A stretch of 64,000 bases of DNA, taken from assembly GCA_964187785.1 (NCBI GenBank), contig OZ076409.1, positions 4,280,001-4,344,000 on the forward strand, written 5' to 3'. Shown piece by piece: positions 1-12,700 of this stretch. The stretch is from Amphiscolops sp. MND2022. Taxonomy: Eukaryota. The position numbers and the translations under genes were made by a program. Positions within the stretch are counted from its first letter, which is position 1. Every line of letters starts with the position of its first letter. A model generated the notes under the pieces. That model was not told the origin of the DNA and made no database searches. It saw only the letters and a list, made by a program, of their open reading frames with translations.

Positions 1-1292
1 TAGATGATAAAAAAACAGATAGCAGAGTTATTGTTACGACAAACAGATAGCATAATTAGGCAAAAACAGCTCATTAAGGCACTGGAAATGCAAAAATTCT
101 AGTGTCAACCTCAGATACCCGAACTGTTTCTGGCTATTTCTTGGTAACCACTGGTCAGAATCACTCGCGGTTTTCTGCGTTTGCAACTTTATACTCTATA
201 CTAACAGAAAAAAGGGCAAGCGAAACCTGGTAGGATCCAAATAAAGCTCTCAAATAATTTCTAAGCTATGCTTTTCACACTCTCGGAACAATACTGAAAA
301 TACGTACTTTCACCAAGAAGTTTTTATCTCTCAGTTCTCAGACGTTCCAAATGGTTTTAACAGTAGTGTAAGAAGGTGTAATAACCTTGTTCAGGGGTTG
401 GGGTTCTTTTAATTTTTAGTTTCGTTTTAATACAGCTCAGGTCTAGGGAGGTCCTTCACTCAGGTCTACTTAGAACAAAAGGCTTGAGAATTAACACCCA
501 GGGCTTCCCCTTGCCAAATTTGGTCACAAAGGCCAAATTTGACGATTTTTAACCAAAATTTGGTAAACCTTTCGCAATTTCCAAAATTCAACCCAGCAAA
601 AGGTTTTGTTCCTGACCTAGTAGGTCTGTTGGAACGTTTTTTTTCATTCTTCAATTGTTCCCACTGGCCGTTTTCTATTCTACAAAAAAATGGCTTACAA
701 AATCGGTAAAATTGAAATTTGAGCTTTATATGGTGTTATTTTCAAGGTTTTCGCGCTCAAACCTTTTGACAATCGGTCCGAACACCCACAGAGTATTTTT
801 CCCAGTTAGTTTTTGTGTGAATAGGCCTGGGAATACGATTTTTGAGCTAATAAATAAGGAAAGTTGGGAATGTAACCCGATTGACGTGGGGGTGCTGCAA
901 TCACAGGCGTGTGGGAGATGTGGTCGTGTAGGACGTCACGTCTTCGTGTCAGCTAGCGTGAACCTTTACTGCTCGTCCTCTCGGTGGCCATATATTGCCG
1001 ATTTGCTTAAATGCAGCTACAGAACCCTTTGAAACCACTTGCGGATAACCCGGATTAACTTTTTCAACCGATAGAATAAAAGCAAAAGGGAAATACTGTC
1101 TGAAACCGTCTATTTCTTGTTCCAGACCTCGGAAATGTGCGGGAAACGCAAGTAAAACACTGCTACAAAGCCTAAAAGGCTAGGAAAAGCCATTAAAAAA
1201 ATTTGGGACCCTCTTAGAAAAATTTCCCAGGTCCGGAGCTAGCAGGGCCGGAAAGCAGGAAAAACTCCTAGTTTGACGCTAAAGTGAAAAAT

Positions 1293-1310
1293 ATCCCTCT
1301 GTGGTCGTCA
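1293..1310 (-). promoter_or_regulatory. Primer-binding site (tRNA-Arg-like)
   Basis: Minus strand reads TGACGACCACAGAGGGAT, 17/18 identical to element B PBS TGGCGACCACAGAGGGAT; 16 nt from the LTR end. Confidence 0.75.
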
Positions 1311-1326
1311 TAATAACTATTCCACA

Positions 1327-2056
1327 TGTAACGTCCGGCTAGCGGCGCACATCTAGGAAGTGGGATAATGCCTGATGTGCTTAAACAGGAGACCGTTGTC
1401 TTACTACAACCTTGAACATCAGTTTTTCTTCCAAAATGGTCTCCTAGGGGAACTTTTCATGCGTCTAAGGAGACTCCTCAGATTAGTGCTCCGAGGCGAC
1501 GCGCCGGCACTCTCAAATCCGATCACGTTCCACAAGCCTGTAAAAACATTCCTAAAACTTCCTGCGAGTTCCTACGTATTTCCGAGGTCCAAAAACAGAG
1601 GTTTAGCTAGAAAACATCATTTCGGGGAAAAGTATTTAAAATGTTCCAAACATCGACCTACTAGGTCTAACATTAATAAAACCCTGAAAATGTGCAAGAA
1701 CACTACAGAACAGCGCTGAAAAGGCATTCAAAACAGTTCTCAGCGAGTTTTGAGTCTTGGGTACAATTCATACAAAAATTGCAATTTCTTCTTCATTCTT
1801 CTGTTCTGCTGTTTTTGGGTCAGATGGCACAACACTGGGATATTGTCTCCTCTCAGCTTCTGGAGGTCTTCGGGTGTCTGATTATACAGGTTTCTCGGTG
1901 ATCGGGGTGGGGGTTGGGGTGGTTTTTGCACTCTTTTTTTCCTCCTTTTCAATTTCCAGTACCTGCCGGGTCGGCCGTCTTGATTTTGTGCCTTTTTCGA
2001 TATCGAACATTTCGAATTTTTGATCGAAGTTTTGCTATCGGGTCCTGGACGTTACA
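1327..2056 (-). mobile_element. 5' LTR (730 bp) of a minus-strand Gypsy-type element related to element B; internal leader continues leftwards
   Basis: Termini TGTAACGTCC...GGACGTTACA form a 10-bp inverted repeat. Flanks do not match (CCACA / GGTAT). A PBS nearly identical to element B's lies on the left side. Confidence 0.75.
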
Positions 2057-2268
2057 GGTATAGGAGATTTAGTATATTTTCAGGATGAATATAGGATAAT
2101 ATACGTGGAGGATAGATAAATCTATATATCAATCCATCGAGTTCGAGATGAAGAAGCTTTATGAGGACTATCAATTGATTGTAGAGGAAATCCTTAACCG
2201 AATTTCCAGATGAACGGGGGAGCCATGTCGTAGTGGATAGTGTATTCAGCCTGTTCTGGGGCGGTATA

Positions 2269-2662
2269 GGGGAGCGATGGTGTAGTGGTTAGAGCATTTG
2301 TCCTGCACTGGGGATGTATCGGGTTCGAATCTCTCTCAACTCACCATTGTTGGTCCTTAAGCAAATCCTTCATCCCTAGTTTAGTGATATGGTTTATGAC
2401 AGAAAATACCGCATTTGGCGTAGAAAAGCACAACAAAAAGAGCAACGGTGAGCCGTCAGACTTTTGTGACATTGAGCATGTCACTTTGAAACCACAGCTT
2501 CAAGTCCACCATTGCTTGACCACTTGGCTGCAAATATGGTACAACCCTTCCTATGGGGGCATAGTATCCGAAAGGCCGCCGACTTAGAAACGCAGAACTG
2601 ATTATTCGGCGTCCACCCCGCGGTACGGTAATGGGGAAAATATCTACTCACTCACTCAGTCA
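2269..2662 (+). mobile_element. tRNA-derived SINE
   Basis: Pol III A box TGGTGTAGTGG (2278-2288), B box GGTTCGAATC (~2322), unique body, (ACTC)n tail at 2646-2662. A second degenerate copy of the head precedes it at ~2216-2268. Confidence 0.7.
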
Positions 2663-2963
2663 TCTCCTTTCTTCCTACTTCTCAACAGACGTCCAAGAAG
2701 TATTAAAAACTTCAAAGAAAACACTTATACAACAAATATGTACATTTCTATTACTATAATTTACAAGTTTTTCTCCATCAATTTTCCTGAAAAACATACT
2801 CCTAACACAGCATGTTTTCAACCCTGCTATTCAAGCGCTAATTCGAAAAGAAACTCGTTTTGACCTTCCTAATCTTGCAAAAGTCTGAACTAAACAACGT
2901 TGGTGGTTGCAAACTGATATAATCGAGCTTCTCAATTTTAATTCCAAAATTTTCAAAACTGTA

Positions 2964-3737
2964 TGTAACGGCAAGCTCTGGTACAGCAATATCAACCGAT
3001 TTTGCAACTTTGACATGTTCAGAAATTTTGTCAAAAATTCTAATCCGATGTGTGACGTGGCACTGAGCATGTGATTGCTCTTTTCGCTGTTTCCACGAAA
3101 TTGGCAGGTACTTCGACAACAAAGAGCAAGAACGAGCAAAAACACGGGCGCGCCGCCATGACAGAAGCCAGAGACGGCAAGAACATCCAAAAATAGACTC
3201 TTTTTGAGGTGCTAACCCCGGTTTTTATCGATTTTCAGCATTATGCTACCCTATGTAGCAGAAACCGGTAAAATGAGTCTTTTTGCTTAATTGTCATTGT
3301 TTGGTGCTTGGAGCCCCTGCGCCCCAGCTTTTTAGCTGTGTGGTTTGCCATATTCGTGCCTGTTTTCATGTATTTTCAGTGATTTTGGATGTATTCAGTA
3401 GCGCTAGCGCTAGTTTAGATCTTATTCCCCAATTTTAGATCTTATTCACATGTCACCCTGGAACTGGAAATTTACCTTATTCTTGGCATTGTTTTTATAT
3501 GCTAGTTAAGCGGTGGTCTTTAGAGAGTCAGAAAGATGCCCGTTACTACTAGCAATCAAAGACTAGGACCGGTTGGACAGTATTCGTCGAAGCACCCGCG
3601 GCCCCGGGATGTATTTCACCCCTGGAGGCAAAATGGATTTGTGGCGATGGGCGCCTGTCCCGAGCGATTCACCCATTCCTGCAGGTTCCTCCACCTCTGT
3701 TAACGTGTTAAGCGACCGATAACAGCTTGCCGTTACA
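2964..3737 (+). mobile_element. Solo LTR of a diverged subfamily of element B
   Basis: Starts TGTAACGGCAAGCTCTGGTACAGCAATATCAACC exactly as the B LTRs, with patchy similarity further in. Ends AGCTTGCCGTTACA (14-bp perfect terminal inverted repeat). Only GTA matches on both flanks. Confidence 0.8.
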
Positions 3738-3890
3738 GTAACTTCAAATTCTCGAATTTATGCTCAAGTATAATCTTTAGATTTTACTCACTCGTTTTCA
3801 GAAAAACTCAGCTTTTAACTCTCAACCAGTATTGGATACTAGAAATCAAGATGCAATTCCTAACCCCCACACTTTTGTAGCACAGTATCA

Positions 3891-3959
3891 TGGCATCATA
3901 CTTCTCAACCTCAAAGTGACTATTATTTTGACAGTTAGAGGTTGAGAAGTATGATGCCA
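3891..3959. repeat. Perfect 22-bp inverted repeat with 25-nt spacer (hairpin)
   Basis: TGGCATCATACTTCTCAACCTC (3891-3912) is the reverse complement of GAGGTTGAGAAGTATGATGCCA (3938-3959). Confidence 0.9.
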
Positions 3960-4806
3960 CGATGCGAGTACACTCCTTCGAAACAGTACATCCTACTTTG
4001 AAACTCTATGAAGCAAAACTCCACTCCCAACTATGCAGATACAATATTTTTAAAATTTTAAAATTGTATACTAGTTTCATTTTACAATCAACACATCAAC
4101 ATATTACTCGATACAATTACTGATTGATTGTACTCCATTACTTATAAAGTATCTCTTTGAAAAAAGAGATTTCTAATCGCGGCGTGGAAAAAAAGTTTCA
4201 TCAGTGTTTTTCAGAGTTGTTCATTTTGGGGGTGTTCCATTTCTCTCTACAAAATTGAGAGTTGAGTGTAGTGTCTTCATTTCATGTGAAGATTTGACTT
4301 TGTGAATGTGGTTTGAACTCTAAATTAGGAGGAAAAGGTTCAAATAGAAGTAAAGCTTGAAATGTATTTAGTATTTTGTTAGAAAAGAAATTGAATCTAA
4401 TTACGAACTATTTAAGTGGCTATGTTTCAGGATAATTATCTGGAGTTCGAAAAAAAATTGACAGAAGAGGTTTGTTTTCAAATCGTTTGAGAGTATCCTT
4501 AATTTCAATATTTTTTGAGGGATGGTTTTTATCGGTTGAAAACATCAATTATCTAATCGAAGATGTGGCTTTTGATATTAAATGGGCCATTCTCAGAGGT
4601 AACTTCAATATGTCCTATAGTTAATACGATAGCTAACTAAGGAGACAAAGTATGAGTTTTTGATTGAAAAGGAAGAAATCGCAAGTTGTCCTTGAACAAA
4701 CAGAGGACGAACACTGCATTTTTGTTTGAAGTAATTGAAAACTTGCTCGGTAACTCTAATTACATCTTATACAAAATACAATAAACCACCAAGTACTTTA
4801 CATTTA

Positions 4807-5152
4807 CAGTAGCGTCTAGTTTACAAAAATGTTCGTTTGAAGTTTCTACAATCCTTACTGATAAAGTTAGAGAATGCAAAACTTGGGGGCAAATGTTTGA
4901 CTGGAAATTTTTCAAAACTACTCTTTCAACTTGGTCAAAATCAAGAAAAAGTGCAAGTTTGATGAAATTTACAATTTCTAACTTTTGTCATTTTTGTCGC
5001 AGAAATTTCAAACAAACATTTCTGTATACTGGATAAAATTCGAAAAACATTCCAAGATGGCAACTTTTTGTATTCGTGACAGTTCACTAGATATTTAGGT
5101 TTGAATTTTGCCATTTTAAGCAATGAGGTTGCGATATTTTAGAACGCTACTG
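4807..5152. mobile_element. Tc1/mariner-type MITE
   Basis: TA|CAGTAGCGTCTA ... TAGAACGCTACTG|TA: terminal inverted repeats with TA target duplication; non-coding interior. Confidence 0.7.
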
Positions 5153-5225
5153 TAGTTGACAGTTGTTTGAAGATTGCTACCTCAACTGTTTTCTTGCGGG
5201 TTACCTAGTGATCAGCGTGACTAAC

Positions 5226-5474
5226 CTCCGAAGCGACGGATAGACATCGCGTTCTGGCCATAATAAAGTCTTATTGCATGAACGAGAGCAGTAGCAATTG
5301 TTATTCGCAAAGTATATTTTCCGCTAGGAATTTGAGAAGGGCTAAACGGAGCTGCAACAAACACAGCCGGTAACTGATTGTTTTGACCGTCGTACAGCTC
5401 CACTAGATCAGACACAGAAACAGGGTGGTCGTCAATTGCTATCCGTTTTACATGCACTTCTTGAATCGCATCGA
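5226..5474 (-). CDS. Candidate internal exon of a host gene (249 bp, phase 1-1)
   Basis: Minus strand: TTTTGTTTCAG acceptor, open frame DAIQEVHVKRIAIDDHPV...AMSIRRFG, then G|GTTAGT donor; length is a multiple of 3. No neighbouring exons identified. Confidence 0.35.
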
Positions 5475-6888
5475 CTGAAACAAAATTTTTATGATACTTT
5501 CAATGGAATAATCTCTCGATATCACGTTTTTATTAGGCAATATGACGACTGAGCTTTTGGAACGCTTATAAAAATTTATTAATTTTGTCCAGACTCAAGT
5601 CTGCAAAGACGTTTGACTTTTAAAAATATAGTTTCTTCCGCAAAACCGATTCTTTTTCGACAAAAACCGAGCTTAGTCGGATCTGTAACCCCCCCCCCCC
5701 CCCGAAAAGGAAAAAAGGAAGGCATGAGATTTTTAGGTTTTATATTAGATGTCAACCTTTCTATAATGTAAATGGGTAAAAGAAGCTGTTACCTGCCCAA
5801 GTCGGCGCCCCGCTTCCGATAAGAGCAAAGAGATACATATCCATAATATATGAATATCGCTCCTCCTTTTATTCGAAACATCAAAAACACCAATTTTGAA
5901 ACAAAATCCATTTTTGGAAAAAGTCGCATTGTGCAAAAAAGGAGACCATTTAGGTTTGCCAAACGTTTTTCCCAGCCGAAAACTTTTTGAAAAGTAAAGG
6001 GGGTACCATTTGACCAAACGAATTTTTTGCAAAAAAAGTAACACAGTGATAAAAAACAATTAATGACAAAACTCTCATGAGTTCTACAGGATCAAAGCTA
6101 GCCAAAGAGGTCACCCTTAAAACTGAGAAAACGGTTTCCCTTGACAGAAAACAGAAAAACAAGGAATTTTCCCAAAATTCTTAAAATATTCAGTAAGTCG
6201 CACCAAATCAAAAACCTTCCGGTTAAAAGTCGCATACTGCCAGAAATACCCAAAGAGACCCTTTGAACTCCCCTCTACTTTTCCCAGCACAAACAATTTT
6301 GTGATTCAGTGCGAGACTCAAAACCACGTACTATTTCTGCTTTTCAGACCGAGTCAACATCTAGACGGAGCGATAGCATAGAAGTTTAGAGCAATCTGTC
6401 AGTTCGCTGAATTTTAAAAAAGCCACTATTAAAGCCGGATCTTTCTTGGAAAAGCACCAATTTTCGTTCGATTTTACAACAACAATTAGTCTTGATCTTC
6501 TGGTCAAAATTTGAGAGAAACATGCGCTTGAGAGATGTTGTCAGAGGCAAGTACAAAGAATTAAAAGTTTTCGTCTGTGATATGGTCTTTTTGGTTTCAT
6601 TTTTCTACACTGCCCATTAAACATTATTCCAATTCAAGTTCAAAACTGAATTTGACGTTCAAAAGAAGCATGCAACCAGAGGCGCAGTGACTCTCTGTTA
6701 GTTTTGGTCAACTGCTCAAGACGCCGCTAGACAAAACCGAACGACTTCAGACATCGATTGTTCGAAACGTAGAAACGGGATAGTGACAAATTGAGATCTG
6801 AAAGCAAACTCTAGCGTATAGTAATCTGAAATGGCAATTATATTGTGCGGTGCTTTGCCAGAACCGTCATTAATTCAGTGGAATACTA

Positions 6889-7557
6889 CAGTAGTGATAT
6901 TTCTAAAAGCAACAAAAGGCAAATCTCAAAATCGAATATCTCTAAAGCAGCAGCGATTTTTGAAAAAATCATAAAAATGAAAGTTTCTGAGATTTTTATC
7001 TAGTTTACAAATATGTTTATTCGAAGATTATGCGATAAAAATTGTAGAAGTTACGATAGGCCATTTTTAGCCAAATTTAGGTCAAAATGGAGGTTTTTCT
7101 CACTTTTGGTCTACTTTTGCTCAAAATTTTTGAAATATTTTTTGTTCAATTGACCCCCTTGATTTAACTGAAGCCCCTGATATATTTTGATTTAGAAATC
7201 ATCTTAAAATCGTAGAAAAAATGCTCTGTAAAACTAGACTTTTTGGGAAATACATGTATTAAGATATGATTTTCATGTTTATCAACTTCAAAGAAGCTCA
7301 TACTAATGCAATTTAGAATACTTTCGAGGAAAAATTATGTTGTCAGATTCGAAATGTTTGGGAGGATTTTTCGTCGGAATTATTTTGAAATCAAAAAATT
7401 GTAAGTGGGTCAAAAATCCAAAAAACTTTTAAAAAAATGAAGTTTTGGAAATCGCTCTCGCCCAATAAATGAGCGTGTGAGACCTTGATCGGCCGATGAG
7501 ATTTGTTTATTTGCTTTCGTTCCGCGTGCTATGTTGCTTCTTCTAGAATCACTACTG
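6889..7557. mobile_element. Tc1/mariner-type MITE
   Basis: TA|CAGTAGTGAT...ATCACTACTG|TA with an imperfect extension (TTCTA..AAGCAACA); non-coding interior. Confidence 0.65.
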
Positions 7558-8614
7558 TAGTTCTGGGTGACAAATATTTTCAAACATGCTCGGGAACAGT
7601 TATTTAAAAGACACCCGCTGACCAACAGGACACATTCCGTTCAAACTGTTTTAGCAACGAAATAATTGTGAGGATCAAAAGCAGCATGTACACTATGAAA
7701 CTGCATAAACGTTTGAAGGGAAAAAAGTTTTGACGGATTTTGATTCATGTTGCCATCCCAACTTTGAAGGAAACACTCGGTTCAAGAACCACTAAACACA
7801 GGTTTGATTATTTTCTTGTCACACTATGTGGATTCCTAACAGTACCCAACCAACGAAATTTTCATAGGTCTGCAAGGAAACTCACTAACAAGTTCAATAA
7901 AATGTCAAACACTTTCATATTTGGTGTCATTTCGCAGTTTTTTTTTCTACAACGAAAACTTCACACTGTTCCTTCACACAGTACTGCATAGCTAGTTATT
8001 TTGCCCGGAGCCTAATGAATAAAACATGACAATAAGTGTCAAAAAGTATTTCAACGTTTTTAATGACAATTTCGTGCGATTTTCATATGAAAAACTACCC
8101 GATTGCTACATTATTCAGTTCCGCATATTTTATAAAAGCAAAACCTTAGAATACTGTGATAAAGTGGGGATAATTCGTCAGTCGAACGTTCTAAAGTTTT
8201 AGACACTTTTAACAATTTTCTGAAAGAAGTTGCCGGTATCCCTTTTTCAATTATTTTGCCTTCAAAGGGTCCCACCTTCAAGTTTTTCTGATACTTTGCA
8301 GCAAACTAAAGTGCCAAAAAGCCCAAAGGGTCTTCCCTTGTAAGTATTTAGGCACTATGAGAGTGTTCAAAATTCTCATTTTTCACTTCTTTTCGAATTT
8401 TTTTTAATTTTCGAAAAAAAATGTCTCCAAATGGTAGTAGGTGTTGAACATTTTCATCATTATAACCTTCGAAACGCATCAAAAATTTCATACAAATCGC
8501 ATAAAACATTGAAAAAATGGGTTTCTACTGCTTTACGTCTCATTCGGCATTCGGGTCAATCTGGAGAGGTTTTGAAGCGAACCACTGCGTTTTGCCTTCA
8601 AAAGACAATACTAT

Positions 8615-9036
8615 TGTGATGCCATGATGCATGTCCTCAAAGATTCCATGAATCTGAAATAGTCTGAACTCCTAACCAAAGTGATTAGTAAATGTAATTT
8701 CATTTGAAAGCTAATTATCTTAGAAGAAACTTCACTTAACATATCCTGTAACAAGCTTCTCAGATGTATCCTGTTACTGTCACTTTCTTATTGATGTAAA
8801 TGAATTGAATCTACCCTAGTTGATAAGATATATCTACTTGGAGAAATTCAGATTCTAATTCACCAAACAGTCGTGTTTTCGACTTAGAACTTAACTGAGA
8901 TCTCAGAAAGACAACACCTAGAAATAGCTAGCCAAACAGACTTGAAATAAGATGACCTCGCTGTTAAAATCTTAGACTTCTTATGTCTGTAATGAAACAT
9001 CTTAAAGAAACAACCACCACACTTTTTAACAGCTCA
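8615..9036 (+). repeat. Element A 5' LTR (422 bp)
   Basis: Direct repeat of 35107-35529; about 16 substitutions plus 1 indel by hand count (~4%). Confidence 0.95.
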
Positions 9037-9038
9037 AT

Positions 9039-9056
9039 TGGTGCGACCAAGAAAAC
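9039..9056 (+). promoter_or_regulatory. Element A primer-binding site (tRNA identity not assigned)
   Basis: TGGTGCGACC... begins 2 nt after the LTR-terminal CA. Confidence 0.65.
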
Positions 9057-9193
9057 TCTTCTTTCTCTCCCACTCATTTCACAACTCTACAATTTTTGTA
9101 CACCTTTTCTCGACTTTCTCATCAGATATCTCTTTGTTCGACACACAGTTTCTCCACCTCTCAACATCGCCTATCGCTATTAACTTCAATGTT

Positions 9194-9485
9194 GCAACCA
9201 ATTTCTACAAGAAAATGATTCGTGTTGCTATGGTTCTGACTACGTCCTTCCACGTAATTCCTGTCAGTTACAATTCTTGGTTCTGACTGCGTTTCTCCAG
9301 GTAATTCCTGTCAGTCATTTTTCTTGGTTCTGACTACGTTTCTTAGCGTAATTCCTGTCACTAAATTTTTCGTTCCAACTACCTCTGAGTGAATTCGTGT
9401 TGGCTTTCTCTTGTTCTTCCGTTCCAACTGCAGCCGAGCGATACGTGTTGGCCTTTCTACAGTGCTATCCAGCGATTCCTGCTAG
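9194..9485 (+). ncRNA. Array of at least 6 bulged stem-loops in the element A leader (candidate packaging/cis RNA element)
   Basis: Outer stems GCAAC/GTTGC, CTGAC/GTCAG (x2), TGAC/GTCA, CCAAC/GTTGG (x2), each with a conserved ATTC(C/G)T-like 3' bulge; spacing ~45 nt. Confidence 0.6.
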
Positions 9486-9773
9486 TAAAATTTGTTTGGT
9501 TCTAGCCACTTGGATCAACTTTGAAGTTGGCACACCTATATAACATATATCTTTTACATAATACCATTCAAACACTTCTTTTCCTCTCTCTCCTGTAGTA
9601 CAAATCCCATACAAAACTCTTTCAAAACTACTTCACGGATCCAAATACAAAACAATTAAAAATATATAACAAATCAATCAAATAATTCTTTATATAACTT
9701 TCATTTTTTACACATTTATATAACAGATTTTATACAAACTTCTTGACATACTCCTATTAGAACTTCATTGTAC

Positions 9774-12700
9774 ATGCCGTCTTCAGTAGACATTGTAGTT
9801 AAGCTCATTGTCTGCTTTTGGTTCTTTGTTGCTATCGTTGCCGGTCTTGCACTTTTTCTTGACAGATTTTTAATATCTTTTATACCAAAATTTTTAGGTA
9901 TAACTTTTCCTTTCTATGTTAACAAGTATAGTACTACCTCTTTTTGGACTGCTTAGTATTTACTACACCTTTTATACGCTTATACAACATATACAAAACC
10001 CATTTCTTCTTTTCCTGAGTACAGTACGTACAATTTTCTTACAAGTTGTATTCATAGACCAAATCTTACCATATAACTCACAATTCAATACAAAATATCT
10101 TCTTTTGCAATACATCTATCCTTTATGGCAATCTTATTATACTAACTAAATTTTGCAACAAATAATGCTTCCTCCTCCATTTACACTAACTACAGAAAAA
10201 AGACAAAATCGGTCTCTCATGCAAGATGTAACACCTTTTCTAAATAACATCATCATTCAGTACACAAATCCACTTCCATTTGAAACAGAACCACATACAT
10301 TACATACCATTCCATTGGCACGAGAACATTGTGACTCTTATCTTTATTACATTTGATATCAAAAACTTAAAATAACATCATCACAAACCCCTTTTCAAGT
10401 TATTTTTAATCCAGTTAAAGGAATAAGTCCTGGAACATACTATAGAACCATCCATCCACAAAATTTTACACTTTCTATACAAGATAATTTCAGCACATAC
10501 ATGCAAAAACCTATTGAGTTCAATGAGAACCAAGATACACCACTTTACCGTTCTTCTCACCTAGAAGATCTAAAACAAATCTGAATATTTCGAGGTCCCT
10601 GATCTTGACACAAGAATTCAAAGACATGATAACCCTCATTACTGGCTACACCAAGATATCTTACAGATAAAAAATTTCCAATACAAGTTCTTTAACAACA
10701 TTATTCTTACGGATGACACTATTCCTCAAGTCAAAGATTTTACTCATTTTATATTAAAGTTTTTCCAATTTAACTATCAACTACTCTGGGAACAACAAGA
10801 TCAACAAGCTTACATTAACTTTCCTCAAATACTAACACAAACAGGACTCTTACCATACATTATAAAAAAATGAAAATAAACATTTACAATACAGAGATCT
10901 TACCTCTTTTAATATTACATATTTTCAACAAATAAATTCAGACCACACCTTTTTAGTTGAACATTCTGAAACTCAGATAATCGACATTTTATTACATCTG
11001 ATATTTCTCCAGAAACAACTCCTGAAGAACAAATCTCCAATGTTGAACTTCCATATACTAGACAACATTCAGTACAATCAGAACAAGAAGACCTTGATAC
11101 CCTTTTCCTAAATCCAGAACCTCACCAAGAACACCCACTTTAACCACCATTACCACAAGTTTCCGATATACAACAAGCGAATCCTTCTGAAACTGCTACA
11201 ATCCAGAATACATCAGAATTTTCTGAAGAAACTATGCAAAATACACAAAGTTCTACAATAACTGACGACTCAAATCTTATACAAATTCCTACAATACAAT
11301 TCCACAATATCACCCAAAATGAAATTAATTACCAAAACCATGACAATACTTTAAGTACAACTCAAGACAATATCTCTGTTTTATCTACATCACATACTAA
11401 TATTACACAACCATCTCAGACACAAGCATCGCCTCGTCCAAATTATGACCCACCTTCTATTCCACCCCAATTCCCAACTCAGATTCAAACTCGTAAATCT
11501 CCTCAACAAAGCTTTTCAAATACACAACATACTACACAAAACACCAATACAGTACATTTTCAAACACCAACCCCACCATTACCTACTGAAATACAAACTT
11601 CAACCTATACTCCAGCTCAAACTAATCCAAACTGTACAAAATGCACAACCTAGTTTAAATATAAACACCATTCATTCGAATCCACCCTTTAAGTACACCA
11701 CTTCCAGACATCTTTCTCGACCTCCATTACAAACTATATTAGGTAATCCATTATCGTACAATCTTACAAGTACAAATCCAAGTCATACACAACAATCTCA
11801 GACAAATAATAACAGACCCATTCATTAAATACTTTCCCTTCTCAACACACGTCTAATACAATCACACCTACATTACAAACTTCCCAATTTCGAATACAAA
11901 ATCCTCCTTCAACAACAATTAGAACTAACCCTCACTTTCACAACACTTCTACCACTTCTTTTACTAACTTTTCAAATAACCCTACATACAACACAGTACC
12001 ACCACCTACCATATCTCACAATTCTATTTCACACCCAACGTATATCAACTCTCTACTTCAATATCAGAACCTATTAAACCTTTTGATGGACTAGATCATA
12101 ATTATACACCTGAAGAATACTTACAACATATTGAGGCACGTGTTACATTTTCTTTTGGTTTACAACCTACATCAGAACATGAATATAAATTTTGGCACGC
12201 TCGTTGCATGGCTTTCATACAATGCTTTTTACCAGGTACAGCACTCAGTTGGTACATCCGTTTAAATGACTCCATGAACACGATTGGCACGCTTTTGTAC
12301 AAGTTTTCAAAAAACAATTCTCTTCACAAACGAACGTTTACTATGCTCAAGTTGAAGCCCTTAACTTATCCAAGAAAGATAATGAAACAGTACGCCATTT
12401 TGCACTCAAAGTTCAACAGCTAGACGAAAAAGGCTGGTGTAATGAGAACGCATCCACTATTTACCTCAAATGTAATGAAATTTTTACAAAATGACTTCCT
12501 AAAAACCTTAAAGACTTTGCAAACAAAAGACAAGTAAAACACACTTCTACTGATTTAGAACCTTCAATTCCCTTTCATACAATAGTAAAACTTGTTGATG
12601 CTGAAGATATTGCAAACGACAAAATTAGAACACATGATCTTGCACTTGAAACTAACAATATTACAAAATAGTTGAACACTCAAAGCCTTGAACCTTCATC

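Noticed and set aside
2269..2345. tRNA gene
   Set aside because: A and B boxes are present, but I could not form a cloverleaf or acceptor stem; the downstream body and simple-repeat tail fit a SINE.
5688..5703. Poly-C run (G-quadruplex potential on the minus strand)
   Set aside because: A simple homopolymer with no supporting context.
5870..6460. A-tract-rich segments resembling a dispersed repeat (similar style at ~8200-8430 and ~36440-36600)
   Set aside because: Boundaries and class could not be defined from this window.
9231..9460. CRISPR-like appearance of the ~47-bp leader repeats
   Set aside because: Units are degenerate hairpins without unique spacers, there are no cas genes, and the context is a eukaryotic retroelement.
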